64,000 nucleotides of DNA from Deltaproteobacteria bacterium (GCA_016874715.1 VGTK01000004.1:3587-67586), one strand, 5' to 3'; positions 36,257-45,788 are shown, counted from the stretch's first letter. Notes: generated by a model from the sequence alone, not told the origin. Numbers and translations are program-made.

Positions 36257-38284
36257 CTACCCGAGCTGGACCTTGAACTCGGCGCGCAGCGGCAGCTCGC
36301 GCGACGACGGCCCGATCCAGGCGACGTAGTCGGTCTCCTCGAGGAGCCAGCCGCGCGCCGCCTCGTCCCAGTAGCGCAGCTCGGACATCGGCACCTCGAA
36401 CTCGACGCGTGTCGTCTCGCCCGGCGCGAGGTGGACGCGGGCGAACCCCTTGAGCTCGCGCACCGGACGAGCGAGGCGCGAGCGCGCACAGCCGACGTAG
36501 AGCTGCACGACTTCATCGCCCGCGCGCGTGCCGACGTTTGCGACCTCGACGGTCGCCTGCAGGAGCCCGTCGGCGCGCAGCGTCGACGACTCCATCACCA
36601 GCGCCCGATAGGCGAAGCGCGTGTAGGACAGCCCGAAGCCGAACGCGAAGCGCGGCTCGAGGCCGGCGTGGTCGGCGAGCCGGTAGCCGTGCAGCGGGCC
36701 GTACTCGACCTCGTCGTGTTCGACGTCGAACGCGGGCAGCTCGGCGTTCGATCGCGCGAACGTGATCGGCAGGCGGCCGCCGGGGTTCACGTCGCCGAAC
36801 AGCCCGGCCGCGATCGCGAGCCCGCCCTCCATGCCGGGGTACCAGGCGAGCAGCACGGCCGGGACCTGCTCGATCCAGCGCTCGACGACGATCGCGCTGC
36901 CGCCCTCGAGCACGACCACCGCGCGCGGGTTCGCCGTGGCGACGCGCAGGATCAGCTCCTCTTGTGCCTCGGGCAGCTCGAGCCGTAACCGGTCACCGGC
37001 GCTGACCTGTCCCTCGCCCTCGTCCTTCGACGAGAGCCCGGCGACGACGATCACCGCGTCGGCAGCCGCGACGCGGTCGAGCTGCGCCGCGCTCGGCGCG
37101 TCGGTGAGGATCGGCTCGACGACGATGCCCGGTCCGGCCGCGTCCTGGATTCCCGCCAGCGCCGTGATCACCCAGGGTGGCGAAACGTGGCTGCTGCCGC
37201 GGTCGCCGAGGTTCTTCGCGCCGGCGAGCTCGCCGACGACGGCCAGGCGGCGTAGCCGGCTGCGATCGAGTGGCAGCAGCTCGCCCGCGTTGCGCAGCAG
37301 CACGAGGGACTTCTCCGCGACCTCCCGCGCGAGGTCGGTGTGCCCGCGGCACGCGACCACCGACTCCGCCGCCGGCGGACGTCCGTCGAGGATGCCGAAG
37401 CGCAGCATGATCCGCAGGATGCGGCGCACGGCATCGTCGACCAGGTCGACCGGCACGGCGCCGGACTCGACCGCGGCGAGCAGGTTGCGGCCGTAGACCT
37501 TCGGGCGTGGCATCTCGATGTCGAGCCCCGCGCGGACGGCGCGCACCGTGTCGTGCATGCCGAGCAGCCAGTCGGACTCGACGAAGCCGTCGAAGCCCCA
37601 TTCGCCCTTGAGGATGTCGCGCAGCAGGTGCGCGTGCTCGCCGCACCACTCGCCGTTCACGCGGTTGTAGGCGCTCATGACCGAGCCGGCACCGGCCGCG
37701 ATGCAGCGCTGGAAGTGCGGCAGGTACACCTCGCGCAGCGTGCGCTCGGAGAGGTTCGCGCTCACCGTGAAGCGCGTGTTCTCGATGCTGTTGACGGCGT
37801 AGTGCTTGACGCTCGCGACCACGTGCCGCTGCACGCCCTCGACGAAGGCGGCGCCCATGACGCCGAGGTGGTGCGGGTCCTCGCCGTAGGTCTCCTGCGC
37901 ACGGCCCCAGCTCGGGTGGCGAAGCAGGTTGATGCACGGTGCCAGCAGCACGTTGCCGCCGCGCGCGCTGGTCTCGAGGCCCATCGCCTCGCCGACGCGG
38001 CGCTCGAGGTCGGGGTCGAACGTGGCGCCGCGTGCCATGCCGACCGGGAACGCGGTCGCCTGGCCCGCCCGCACGCCGCGCGGGCCGTCCACCATGCGGA
38101 AGCCGGGGATGCCGAGCCGCTGGTTCGGCGGCGTGTGGTACAGCCCGTCGATCGGCTCGCGCTTGAGGCCGTGCATCTGCTCGACCTTCTCGGCGAGCGT
38201 CATGCGTGCGAGCAGGTCCTCGACCCGGCGCTCGACCGACCGTGCTGGGTCGTGCGCGGGCGGATGGCTCGCGTTCTCGGCCAT
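36257..38284 (-). CDS. Glycoside hydrolase family 3 beta-glucosidase
   Basis: Track ORF 36257..38284 (675 aa). LTLAEKVEQMHG, GRAQETYGEDPHH, KHYAVNSIENTRF, ESDW, and a C-terminal fibronectin-like domain VVQLYVG. Confidence 0.9.
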   Translation of the reverse strand: MAENASHPPAHDPARSVERRVEDLLARMTLAEKVEQMHGLKREPIDGLYHTPPNQRLGIPGFRMVDGPRGVRAGQATAFPVGMARGATFDPDLERRVGEAMGLETSARGGNVLLAPCINLLRHPSWGRAQETYGEDPHHLGVMGAAFVEGVQRHVVASVKHYAVNSIENTRFTVSANLSERTLREVYLPHFQRCIAAGAGSVMSAYNRVNGEWCGEHAHLLRDILKGEWGFDGFVESDWLLGMHDTVRAVRAGLDIEMPRPKVYGRNLLAAVESGAVPVDLVDDAVRRILRIMLRFGILDGRPPAAESVVACRGHTDLAREVAEKSLVLLRNAGELLPLDRSRLRRLAVVGELAGAKNLGDRGSSHVSPPWVITALAGIQDAAGPGIVVEPILTDAPSAAQLDRVAAADAVIVVAGLSSKDEGEGQVSAGDRLRLELPEAQEELILRVATANPRAVVVLEGGSAIVVERWIEQVPAVLLAWYPGMEGGLAIAAGLFGDVNPGGRLPITFARSNAELPAFDVEHDEVEYGPLHGYRLADHAGLEPRFAFGFGLSYTRFAYRALVMESSTLRADGLLQATVEVANVGTRAGDEVVQLYVGCARSRLARPVRELKGFARVHLAPGETTRVEFEVPMSELRYWDEAARGWLLEETDYVAWIGPSSRELPLRAEFKVQLG

Positions 38285-38291
38285 CGCTTCC

Positions 38292-39320
38292 TCAGTGCAC
38301 GAACAGGCGGAGCAGGTACCAGACCAGCGCCGCGACGACGCCCGACATGGGGATCGTCAGCACCCACGCCCAGACGATCGTGCCGGCGATTCCCCACCGC
38401 ACCGCGCGCGTACCGCGCGTGAAGCCGACGCCGGCGATCGCTCCGGTGATGACGTGCGTCGTCGACACGGGGATGCCCATCCACGAGTTCAGCGCGAGCG
38501 TGATGCCGCCAGCAGTCTCGGCGGCGAAGCCGCCGACCGGCTTCAGCTTGGTGATCCGCATGCCCATGGTCTTGACGATGCGCCAGCCGCCCATCGCGGT
38601 GCCGAGACCCATCGCGGCGTGGCAGATCAGCACCACCCAGAACGGGATGTGGCCGGTCTTCGCAGCCTCCTCGCTCAGGTGGCTGGTCGCGACGAGCACC
38701 ATGAAGATCACGCCCATCGTCTTCTGCGCGTCGTTGAGGCCGTGCCCGAGGCTGTAAAACGCCGCCGAGAAGAGCTGTCCCACGCGGAACCAGCGGTCGA
38801 TGCGCAGCGGCGGCCAGCGCCGGAACGTCCAGGCGAGCAGGATCATCAGTGCGGCGCCGAGCACGAGCCCGAGCGTCGGCGCGACGACGATGAAGATCGC
38901 GATGGTCTCGATGCCGTGCCAGTGCACGAGCTCGAAGCCCGATGCCTGGGCGACCGCCGCGCCGACGAGTCCGCCGACGAGCGCGTGCGAGGACGAGCTG
39001 GGCAGGCCGAAGTACCAGGTGATGAGGTTCCAGACGATCGCGCCCACGAGCCCCGCGACGACCACCGCGAGCGCGGCGCCGGGCGGTAGCGAGCCGATGG
39101 CGATCACGTCCTTGCCGATCGTCTTGGCGACGTGCGTCTCGAAGCCGAAGGCCGCGATGAAGTTGAAGAATGCGGCCCACAGCACGGCGACGCGCGGGGT
39201 GAGCACCTGCGTCGACACCACGGTCGCGATCGAGTTCGCGGCGTCGTGGAAGCCGTTGATGAAGTCGAAAACGAGCGCGACGACGATGATCGCGATCGCG
39301 ACCAGCAGAAGTGTGTCCAT
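38292..39320 (-). CDS. pitA: Inorganic phosphate transporter, PiT family
   Basis: Track ORF 38292..39320. The signature GFHDAANSIATVVST and a second copy SLGHGLNDAQKTMG. Confidence 0.9.
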   Translation of the reverse strand: MDTLLLVAIAIIVVALVFDFINGFHDAANSIATVVSTQVLTPRVAVLWAAFFNFIAAFGFETHVAKTIGKDVIAIGSLPPGAALAVVVAGLVGAIVWNLITWYFGLPSSSSHALVGGLVGAAVAQASGFELVHWHGIETIAIFIVVAPTLGLVLGAALMILLAWTFRRWPPLRIDRWFRVGQLFSAAFYSLGHGLNDAQKTMGVIFMVLVATSHLSEEAAKTGHIPFWVVLICHAAMGLGTAMGGWRIVKTMGMRITKLKPVGGFAAETAGGITLALNSWMGIPVSTTHVITGAIAGVGFTRGTRAVRWGIAGTIVWAWVLTIPMSGVVAALVWYLLRLFVH

Positions 39321-39335
39321 CGGGCGGATGCGCCT

Positions 39336-39962
39336 TCAGGCGAACTCGAGGACGATGCCTTCGACGAGATTGGCCACGTCCTCGCACCGGTCGGTGGCTT
39401 CCTCGAGGCCCTCGTACAGCTCCTTCCACTTCATGACCGTGAGTGGATCGCGCTCGGTCTTGAACAGCTTGCCGACCGCGACGCGCAGCAGGGTGTCCGC
39501 CTCGTTCTCGAGGCGGTTGATCTCCACGCACTGCTTGAGGATCTCCTGCGCGTTCTTCATGCTGCGCAGCCCGCGGACCGCCTTCGCGACCTCTTCGGCA
39601 CTGAACACCAGCACGCGCGCGAGCTGCTTCGCCTCGTCCGTGGGCGCCGCCATCTCGTAGACGCTGATGCGGTCCGAGACCGCCTCTGCGAGGTCGAGGA
39701 TGTCGTCCATCTTCGTGATCAGCCGGTGGATCGAATCGCGGTCGAACGGTGTGATGAAGGTCTTGTGCAGCATCTCGATGCACTGGTGGGTGATGAGATC
39801 GCCCTCGTGCTCGATGACCTTGATCCGCCGCGCCTTCTCGGGAATGTTCCGGAAGTCCTCGAGCATCTCGAGGACGGCGGCGCAGCCCTCCGAGATCTTG
39901 GCTCCCATGTTCTCGAAGTAGTCGAAGAACGCGACCTCTTGCGGCATCAGCTTTTGGAACAC
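39336..39962 (-). CDS. DUF47 family protein (PhoU-like, PiT-associated)
   Basis: Track ORF 39336..39962. IEHEGDLITHQCIEMLHKTFITPFDRDSI and ENEADTLLRVAVGKLF. Directly upstream of PiT. Confidence 0.85.
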   Translation of the reverse strand: MFQKLMPQEVAFFDYFENMGAKISEGCAAVLEMLEDFRNIPEKARRIKVIEHEGDLITHQCIEMLHKTFITPFDRDSIHRLITKMDDILDLAEAVSDRISVYEMAAPTDEAKQLARVLVFSAEEVAKAVRGLRSMKNAQEILKQCVEINRLENEADTLLRVAVGKLFKTERDPLTVMKWKELYEGLEEATDRCEDVANLVEGIVLEFA

Positions 39963-40110
39963 GAACCCTCCCCCGTTTGGCCGCGAGTTAATTGGTGGGG
40001 GGGCAGGGGGTCAAGGCGGGCACATTCGGCCGTTCTCCAGGCCGTGCGGCCCTGCTAGCGTGCGCACCGTGAGATGGACGTGCCCACCACCCCGCAGCCG
40101 TGCGGCCCGG

Positions 40111-40947
40111 ATGGCGCGGCTCTCGATTCTCGTCGCGGGGCTCGTCTTGGCCCCGGTCGCGCGCGCCGACACGGTGACCATCAAGGGCTCGGACACCATG
40201 CTGGTCCTCGCGCAGCAGTGGATGGAGCACTACAGGCGCGAGCACCCCACAGCGGTCCTGCAGCTCACCGGCGGCGGCTCGGAGACCGGGATCGCCGCGC
40301 TCACCAACGGCACCACGGACATCGCGGCCGCGTCGCGCCCGATGACCGATGCCGAAGTCGCCCGCGCCGAGGCGCGCCACGACCGGCGCATCGTGCAGAT
40401 CCCGGTCGCGTACGACGCACTCGCGATCGTCGTGAACGAGGCGAACCCGGTCGACGTCCTCACGCTGAGCGACCTGGCGCGCGTGTTCCGCGGCGAGGTG
40501 CAGGACTGGAAGGAGCTCGGCGGGTCTACGGCGCCGATCGCGATCTACGGCCGCGACCACAGCTCGGGCTCGTGGACGTTCTTTCGCCGCCAGGTGCTGC
40601 ACGACGACGACTTCTCGGTCGACGCCCTGAACCTGGTCGGCACGGCGTCGATCGTTGATTCGGTCGCGAAGGACGTGAACGGCATCGGCTACGGCGGCAT
40701 CGCTTACGCGGGCGGGCTCAAGCACGTGCGCCTCGCGAAGGATGCAGGTGGCACACCGGTCGCCGCGACGGTCGAGAGCGTGCGCAACGGCACCTACCCG
40801 CTGGCGCGCCGGCTCTGGCTGCACGTCACGGAGCCGCACGACGAGGACGTCGCGCGCTTCCTCGCCTGGGTCCGCGGTCCTGCCGGCCAGGGAGTCGTCG
40901 CCGGGGTCGGCTTCTTCCCGCTGCAGACGGAGGGTGCCGGCTGGTAG
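40111..40947 (+). CDS. pstS: Phosphate ABC transporter substrate-binding protein (PstS family), orphan
   Basis: Track ORF 40060..40947, start moved to ATG 40111 (MARLSILVAGLVLAPVARADTVTIKGSDTM). GGGSETGIAAL, ASRPM and NGTYPLARRLWL. No pstCAB follows. Confidence 0.8.
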   Translation: MARLSILVAGLVLAPVARADTVTIKGSDTMLVLAQQWMEHYRREHPTAVLQLTGGGSETGIAALTNGTTDIAAASRPMTDAEVARAEARHDRRIVQIPVAYDALAIVVNEANPVDVLTLSDLARVFRGEVQDWKELGGSTAPIAIYGRDHSSGSWTFFRRQVLHDDDFSVDALNLVGTASIVDSVAKDVNGIGYGGIAYAGGLKHVRLAKDAGGTPVAATVESVRNGTYPLARRLWLHVTEPHDEDVARFLAWVRGPAGQGVVAGVGFFPLQTEGAGW

Positions 40948-41011
40948 GGGCTGTCGGCCTCGGCGAAGCCGCGGCGGACGGCAGATGACACGCCGTGCCG
41001 GTTCCAACCTG

Positions 41012-41073
41012 CATGGCCCGCGACGCCGGGACGGGCGTCAGTGGTGGTCCGCGACGCCGGTACGGATGTCAGT
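41012..41073. repeat. Tandem direct repeat, 31 bp x 2, proximal copy contains the dacB stop codon
   Basis: catggcccgcgacgccgggacgggcgtcagt / ggtggtccgcgacgccggtacggatgtcagt. Confidence 0.75.
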
Positions 41074-42682
41074 CGGCGCTCCAGCGTGCGATCAGGTCGC
41101 GCTCGAGCGCCTTGGCGCGCCCGGTCCAGTCGGTGGCCTCGGGCGGCGACGCGGCGATGCGCCGGTCGCGTCCCGCGTCGAGGCGCGCGCGAGCGCCGGC
41201 ATCGGTCAGGAGGATCACGAAGCCGAGCTCGCGGCCGCGTCGCGTGGTGAGGAATCCGACGAGGCCGTCGGCGTAGAGCAAGGTGCCGGACTTCGCGAGG
41301 ATCCTGCCGCCCGGCGTGGCGTCGCGCGCCGCGTGGCCGTCGTCGTCCCCCTCACGCGCCGGGCGGCCGTCGGTGCCCCCCTCGTGTGCGGCGCGGCCAT
41401 CGTCGCCCCCCTCGTGTGCGGCGCGGTTGTCGTCGCCCCCCTCGCGTGCGGGCAGCACGTCCTGCAGGCGCACCCCCGAACCTGCTCGGGCCGAGCCGTG
41501 GCGCAGCACCGCCGCCATCTGGCGTGGCGTGTGGCGCGTCACCGAGCTGAGCCCGGAGTGGTTCGCCGCGACGAAGCCCGCGAACGAGGTCTCCGGCAGC
41601 CGGTCCTGCCACCACGCGGCGAGGCGGTGCGCCGACTCGTCGAGCGCGAGGCCGGTGCCCGCCAGCTGGCGCGACGCCGCGAGCCCGGTCAGCTCGGCCG
41701 TGAGGTTGTTGCTGTAGCGCAGGAGGCCGGTGACGACCTCGGAGAGCGGCGGGCTCTCGTGCCGCGCGATCTCGCGCGCGTCCGGCGGGCGCGTGCCGCG
41801 CTGCGCCGGGGGGAGCGTCACGTCGGACTGCGCCGCGAGGGTCGCGAGAAGCTCGGCGACGACGGGGGCGGGGTCGCCCTTCACCGGCAGGAAGGCGCTG
41901 CCCTTCGCGGACAGGTGCTGCGACACCAGCCAGCGCGGCGACGGATCGGCCGCGAACACGAACTCGATGCGCGGGTCGAGCGCCGGGTCGAGCGTGCCGG
42001 TCGCGATGCCGCGTACCGGCAGCGCGCCGCCATCGGCCGGTGAGAGCAGCTTCGTCGTGTGCCGGCCCTGGGAGTCGCGCTGCCAGCGCAGCTCCACCCG
42101 GTTGTAATTGACGGACAGCGCGGAGACCGCCGGGTTGTACTGCGCCGATTCCGGCTGCTGCGGGTCGATCTCGGGCGCGCGCGGGTAGAGCGAGTCGTCG
42201 AAGAAGAACGCGCCGTCGAGGCGACGGATTCCAGCATGCCGGAGCCCGGCGACGAGCGCGCGCAAGCCGTCGCTGCTGAGCGTCGGGTCGCCGCCGCCGT
42301 GCAGGAAGAGGTCGCCGTGCAGCGTGCCGTCCGCCACCTGGCCGGTCGCGAGCAGGGTGGTCGCGAAGCGGTGCCCGGGGCCGAGGATCTCCAGCGCCGC
42401 CAGCGCCGTCGTGACCTTGGTCGTCGACGCCGGGATGAACGGGCGGTCGGCGCCGTGCTGCGCGAGGATCGTGCCCGTCGCCTCGTCGAACAGGACGACT
42501 CCCAGCACGTCCGGCGAGAAGCCGTGTCGCTGCGCGACGGCGGCCAGATCACGGCCGCCGTCGCCGGCGCGCGCCGGCGATGCGGTCGCAACGAGAAGCG
42601 TCAGCAGCAGCGCCGCGGCGCGAGCGCGCGATCCCGGGCCCGCTCCGGCCCGGCGCCGCCGGTCGGGTGCTCGCTCCTGCAT
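41069..42682 (-). CDS. dacB: D-alanyl-D-alanine carboxypeptidase/endopeptidase (PBP4, S13 family)
   Basis: C-terminal 537 codons of track ORF 41069..43444, from ATG 42682. Active-site SxxK in IPASTTKVTTALAAL. YSNN region LLRYSNNLTAE. KSG in ILAKSGTL. Confidence 0.8.
   Translation of the reverse strand: MQERAPDRRRRAGAGPGSRARAAALLLTLLVATASPARAGDGGRDLAAVAQRHGFSPDVLGVVLFDEATGTILAQHGADRPFIPASTTKVTTALAALEILGPGHRFATTLLATGQVADGTLHGDLFLHGGGDPTLSSDGLRALVAGLRHAGIRRLDGAFFFDDSLYPRAPEIDPQQPESAQYNPAVSALSVNYNRVELRWQRDSQGRHTTKLLSPADGGALPVRGIATGTLDPALDPRIEFVFAADPSPRWLVSQHLSAKGSAFLPVKGDPAPVVAELLATLAAQSDVTLPPAQRGTRPPDAREIARHESPPLSEVVTGLLRYSNNLTAELTGLAASRQLAGTGLALDESAHRLAAWWQDRLPETSFAGFVAANHSGLSSVTRHTPRQMAAVLRHGSARAGSGVRLQDVLPAREGGDDNRAAHEGGDDGRAAHEGGTDGRPAREGDDDGHAARDATPGGRILAKSGTLLYADGLVGFLTTRRGRELGFVILLTDAGARARLDAGRDRRIAASPPEATDWTGRAKALERDLIARWSAD
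41341..41460 (-). repeat. In-frame 30-bp x 4 tandem repeat inside dacB (decapeptide repeat)
   Basis: Units start at 41341, 41371, 41401 and 41431. They encode AREGGDDNRA/AHEGGDDGRA/AHEGGTDGRP/AREGDDDGHA just upstream of the KSG motif. Confidence 0.85.
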
Positions 42683-42734
42683 GAGGCCGCACCGTACGTG
42701 CTGCGCGCCGCGGACGCGACCGTCGAATGGGGTG

Positions 42735-42782
42735 TGCGGAGAACCGCGATTGCGGAGAACGGCATACGCGGAGAACGGCGTG
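42735..42782. repeat. Tandem repeat, 16 bp x 3
   Basis: tgcggagaaccgcgat / tgcggagaacggcata / cgcggagaacggcgtg, in the divergent dacB/FUSC intergenic region. Followed by the inverted repeat GTGGACC-N9-GGTCCAC (42792-42814). Confidence 0.75.
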
Positions 42783-43070
42783 CGCGGCACGGTGGACCGC
42801 CGCGACGGGTCCACGGCGCGTCGACCACGGCTCGATCGCTGCGACGACGCCGATCGCGATGTCGACGGCCACGCCGCCTGCCACCGCCGACGTGGCCCCC
42901 CACCGCCGACCGCCGCCGATCGGAACCCCCGCGTGAACCCCCGCGACTTGACGCCGGCGCCGGTGACGCGCCAACCTTCGCGCGGCGGTGCGGAACTTCT
43001 CGTGACCATCCTCGGCAGCCAGACGCTCGCGCCGGGTCGGCGGCGGCCGGCGCGCGAGCGCGGCGCAGCG

Positions 43071-45284
43071 ATGCCGGCGCGGCTGTGGGCGTTTCTCCGT
43101 ACCGAGCTGGCACCGTCGCCGGCGCGCTGGCGCGCGACCTGGCGCATCGTCGTCGCCTGCCTCGTCGCGACCAGCATCGCGATGACGTTCAGGATCCCGA
43201 ACGCGCACTGGCTGATCGTCACGATCTTCATCGTCAGCCAGCCGAACGTCGGTGCGACGCTGGACAAGGCGATGCTCCGCCTCGCCGGCACGATCGTCGG
43301 CGCGCTCGGCGTGATCGCCGCCGTGGTCGCCTTTCCGCAGCAGCCGTGGTTCCAGCTGCCGACGATCGCGCTGCTCATCGGCACCAGCGCGTTCCTGTCG
43401 CGCACGACGTCGTACCCGTACGTCGCGGTGCTGGGCGGCATCACGGTCGTCCTCTTCCTCGGCAGCAGCGAGGCGCACCCGACGGCGTCGGTCGAGGAAG
43501 GACTCTGGCGCCTCGCGGCGGTGGCCGTCGCGGAGGTGGTCGCGACGGCGGCTCACCTTCTGCTGTGGCCCGACGACCCGGAGGACCTGCTCCTGACGGA
43601 CGTCGAGCGGATTCTCGGCCTGGTCGAGGAGTGCCTCGCGCGCCTGCTGCGTGGCGAGCCGATCTCCGCGAGCGACGCCGGACATGCGCGCATCGCCGAC
43701 GGCGTCTTCAACGGGCTCGTCCGCCACCTCGACCTGCTGAACAATGCCGAGACGCGCTATCGCTCGCTGCGCGGGCGGCACAGCGAGCAGCTCGTGCTGA
43801 TCGGGGCCGTGAATCGCGTCGCGGCCGCGTCGCTCACTCTCGAGGCGCTGGTCGACGGCGTACCCGGCCGCCGTGCCGGCGACGACCCGAGCACGGCACT
43901 GGCCGCGCGGTTGCGGGCCGTGGCGGAGACGATCGAGCGCCTGCGGCGTGCGCTCCGCGAGCGGCGACCGGTCGGCGCCGAGGCCGTGACCGCCGTCGCA
44001 CACCCAGCTCCGCTGGTCGGCAGCGACCTGCCGTTCCTGGCACCGCTCCTGGACATGGAGCGTGCTCTCGCCGAGGTCCCGGCGGCGACCGCCTTCCTCG
44101 ACCGCGGCGCGAACGGACCGCGCGCGGATCTCGCTCCTTCGCCGCTCGAGGGGGGGCCGGCAGGCTTCTTCACGCCGTCGTGCACCTGGTCGAACACGCG
44201 GGATCTGCGCTTTGCGACCCAGGTCACGGTCGCGGCGATGATCTGCTACCTGGTGGTCGCGGGTCTCGACTGGCCGGGCCTCTCGACCGCCGTCGTCACC
44301 TGCGTCATCGTCGCGCAGTCGAGCTTCGGCGCCATGGTGCAAAAGGCGCTGCTGCGCATTGCGGGCGCGATCGTCGGTGCGCTCCTGGGCGTAGGCGCGA
44401 TCCTGCTGGTGGTGCCGTCCATCGACACGCTGCCGCCCTTCCTGGTCGTCGTCGGTGCGTGCACGGCGGTCGCCGCGTACGTCGTCACCGGGTCCGCTCG
44501 CATCTCGTACGTGGGCATCCAGATGGCGCTCGCGCTCGCGATGACGCTCCTCGACTCGATGGGGCCCAGCATCGAGCTGGTGAAGCCGCGCGACCGCGTG
44601 CTGGGCATCCTGCTCGGCAATCTCGTCTCGGCGGGGGTCGCGTTCTGGCTATGGCCGGTGCTGGCGGGCGAGGAGATGCTGAACAGTCTCGAGTCCGCGC
44701 TGCGGCACCTCGCGGACCTGTCGCGCTTCGGGATCCGGGGGACCGAGCCGGCGCGGCCCGCGCGCGGCTTCCGCCTGCAGATCCACCAGGACCTCGCCGC
44801 GACGCTGCGCCTGCACGCCGAGGCGCAGTTCGAGCCGGGGGCTTCGACCCTGGAGCAGCGCGATCGGCAACGGCGGCTGCTGGCGCTGCAGCAGGAGGTG
44901 CAGCAGGCGTTCCTGCTCGTCGCGGGCCTGGTGCGAAACCGCCTCAACGCGGGCATCGGCGGGATCGAGCTACCCTCGCACGCGCTGCTGCGGCAGGTCG
45001 CAGTCGCCGTCGCGCCGCACCTCGAGGCGGCGGCGAAGGAGCTGGCGGGCCGGGCGACCGCGCCGCCGCCCGACATGGCGGCGCGCATCGCTGCCACCGA
45101 CGCGGCCCTCGCCATCGATGCGGCGACCGGCATCGAGCTCCCGGGTGCGCTCGCCGCGGTGGCCGAGATGCGGAGCCAGCTCGAGCTCTACCGCACGCTC
45201 GCGCCGGTCCTCGAGCGCTTGTCCGGCGCCGCCCGCGCGATCGGCAGCGACGCGGCGGCAGCGTCAGGCCGGAGTGCGGCGTGA
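43071..45284 (+). CDS. FUSC (fusaric acid resistance / aromatic acid exporter-like) family membrane protein
   Basis: C-terminus of track ORF 42324..45284, from ATG 43071. Two homologous membrane halves (WRIVVACLVATSIAMTF..; RFATQVTVAAMICYLVVAGL..) are separated by a long helical cytoplasmic region. Confidence 0.7.
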   Translation: MPARLWAFLRTELAPSPARWRATWRIVVACLVATSIAMTFRIPNAHWLIVTIFIVSQPNVGATLDKAMLRLAGTIVGALGVIAAVVAFPQQPWFQLPTIALLIGTSAFLSRTTSYPYVAVLGGITVVLFLGSSEAHPTASVEEGLWRLAAVAVAEVVATAAHLLLWPDDPEDLLLTDVERILGLVEECLARLLRGEPISASDAGHARIADGVFNGLVRHLDLLNNAETRYRSLRGRHSEQLVLIGAVNRVAAASLTLEALVDGVPGRRAGDDPSTALAARLRAVAETIERLRRALRERRPVGAEAVTAVAHPAPLVGSDLPFLAPLLDMERALAEVPAATAFLDRGANGPRADLAPSPLEGGPAGFFTPSCTWSNTRDLRFATQVTVAAMICYLVVAGLDWPGLSTAVVTCVIVAQSSFGAMVQKALLRIAGAIVGALLGVGAILLVVPSIDTLPPFLVVVGACTAVAAYVVTGSARISYVGIQMALALAMTLLDSMGPSIELVKPRDRVLGILLGNLVSAGVAFWLWPVLAGEEMLNSLESALRHLADLSRFGIRGTEPARPARGFRLQIHQDLAATLRLHAEAQFEPGASTLEQRDRQRRLLALQQEVQQAFLLVAGLVRNRLNAGIGGIELPSHALLRQVAVAVAPHLEAAAKELAGRATAPPPDMAARIAATDAALAIDAATGIELPGALAAVAEMRSQLELYRTLAPVLERLSGAARAIGSDAAAASGRSAA

Positions 45285-45788
45285 CGCCGCCGCGTCCGCG
45301 GCACGTTCGAGGACGGTGAAGGCCAGCGGGTAGGGGTTGCGCTCGTCCGCCGGACGGAACTCGCGCGACACCTCGACCCAGTGCGCGGGGTCGAGCGGTG
45401 GGAAGGAAACGTCGCCGTCGATCGCCGCCTGCACCTCGGTCCGGTAGATGCGGCCCGCTCGAGGCATCGCCTGCGCGTAGACGCCCGCGCCGCCGATCAC
45501 GAAGCACACCGTCTCGCCCGCCGCGCGGGCGAGCGCGAGCGCGTCGTCGAGCGTCGTCACCGCGTGGCAGCCGGACGCGACCCGCTCGGGGTGGCGCGTC
45601 AGTACGAGGTTCGTCCGTCCGGGCAGAGCGCGGCCGATCGACGCGTGCGTCTTGCGGCCCATCACGACGTGGTGCCCGGTGGTGAGCGTGCGGAAATGCT
45701 TCAGGTCTGCGGGCAGCGACCAAGGGAGCGTCCCGTCGCGGCCGATGACGCCGTTCTCGGCGGCCGCGACGACGAGGGCGACGATCAC
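45264..45788 (-). CDS. folA: Dihydrofolate reductase
   Basis: Track ORF 45264..45788 (GTG start). IVALVVAAAENGVIGRDGTLPWSLPADLKHFRTLTTGHHVVMGRKT and VIGGAGVY. Confidence 0.9.
   Translation of the reverse strand: MIVALVVAAAENGVIGRDGTLPWSLPADLKHFRTLTTGHHVVMGRKTHASIGRALPGRTNLVLTRHPERVASGCHAVTTLDDALALARAAGETVCFVIGGAGVYAQAMPRAGRIYRTEVQAAIDGDVSFPPLDPAHWVEVSREFRPADERNPYPLAFTVLERAADAAASRRTPA

Noticed and set aside
40041-40108. 12-bp direct repeat gccgtgcggccc as a Pho box
   Set aside because: It does not resemble the CTGTCAT-type Pho box, and it is GC-rich enough to recur by chance. It is kept only as a note within the phosphate-locus finding.
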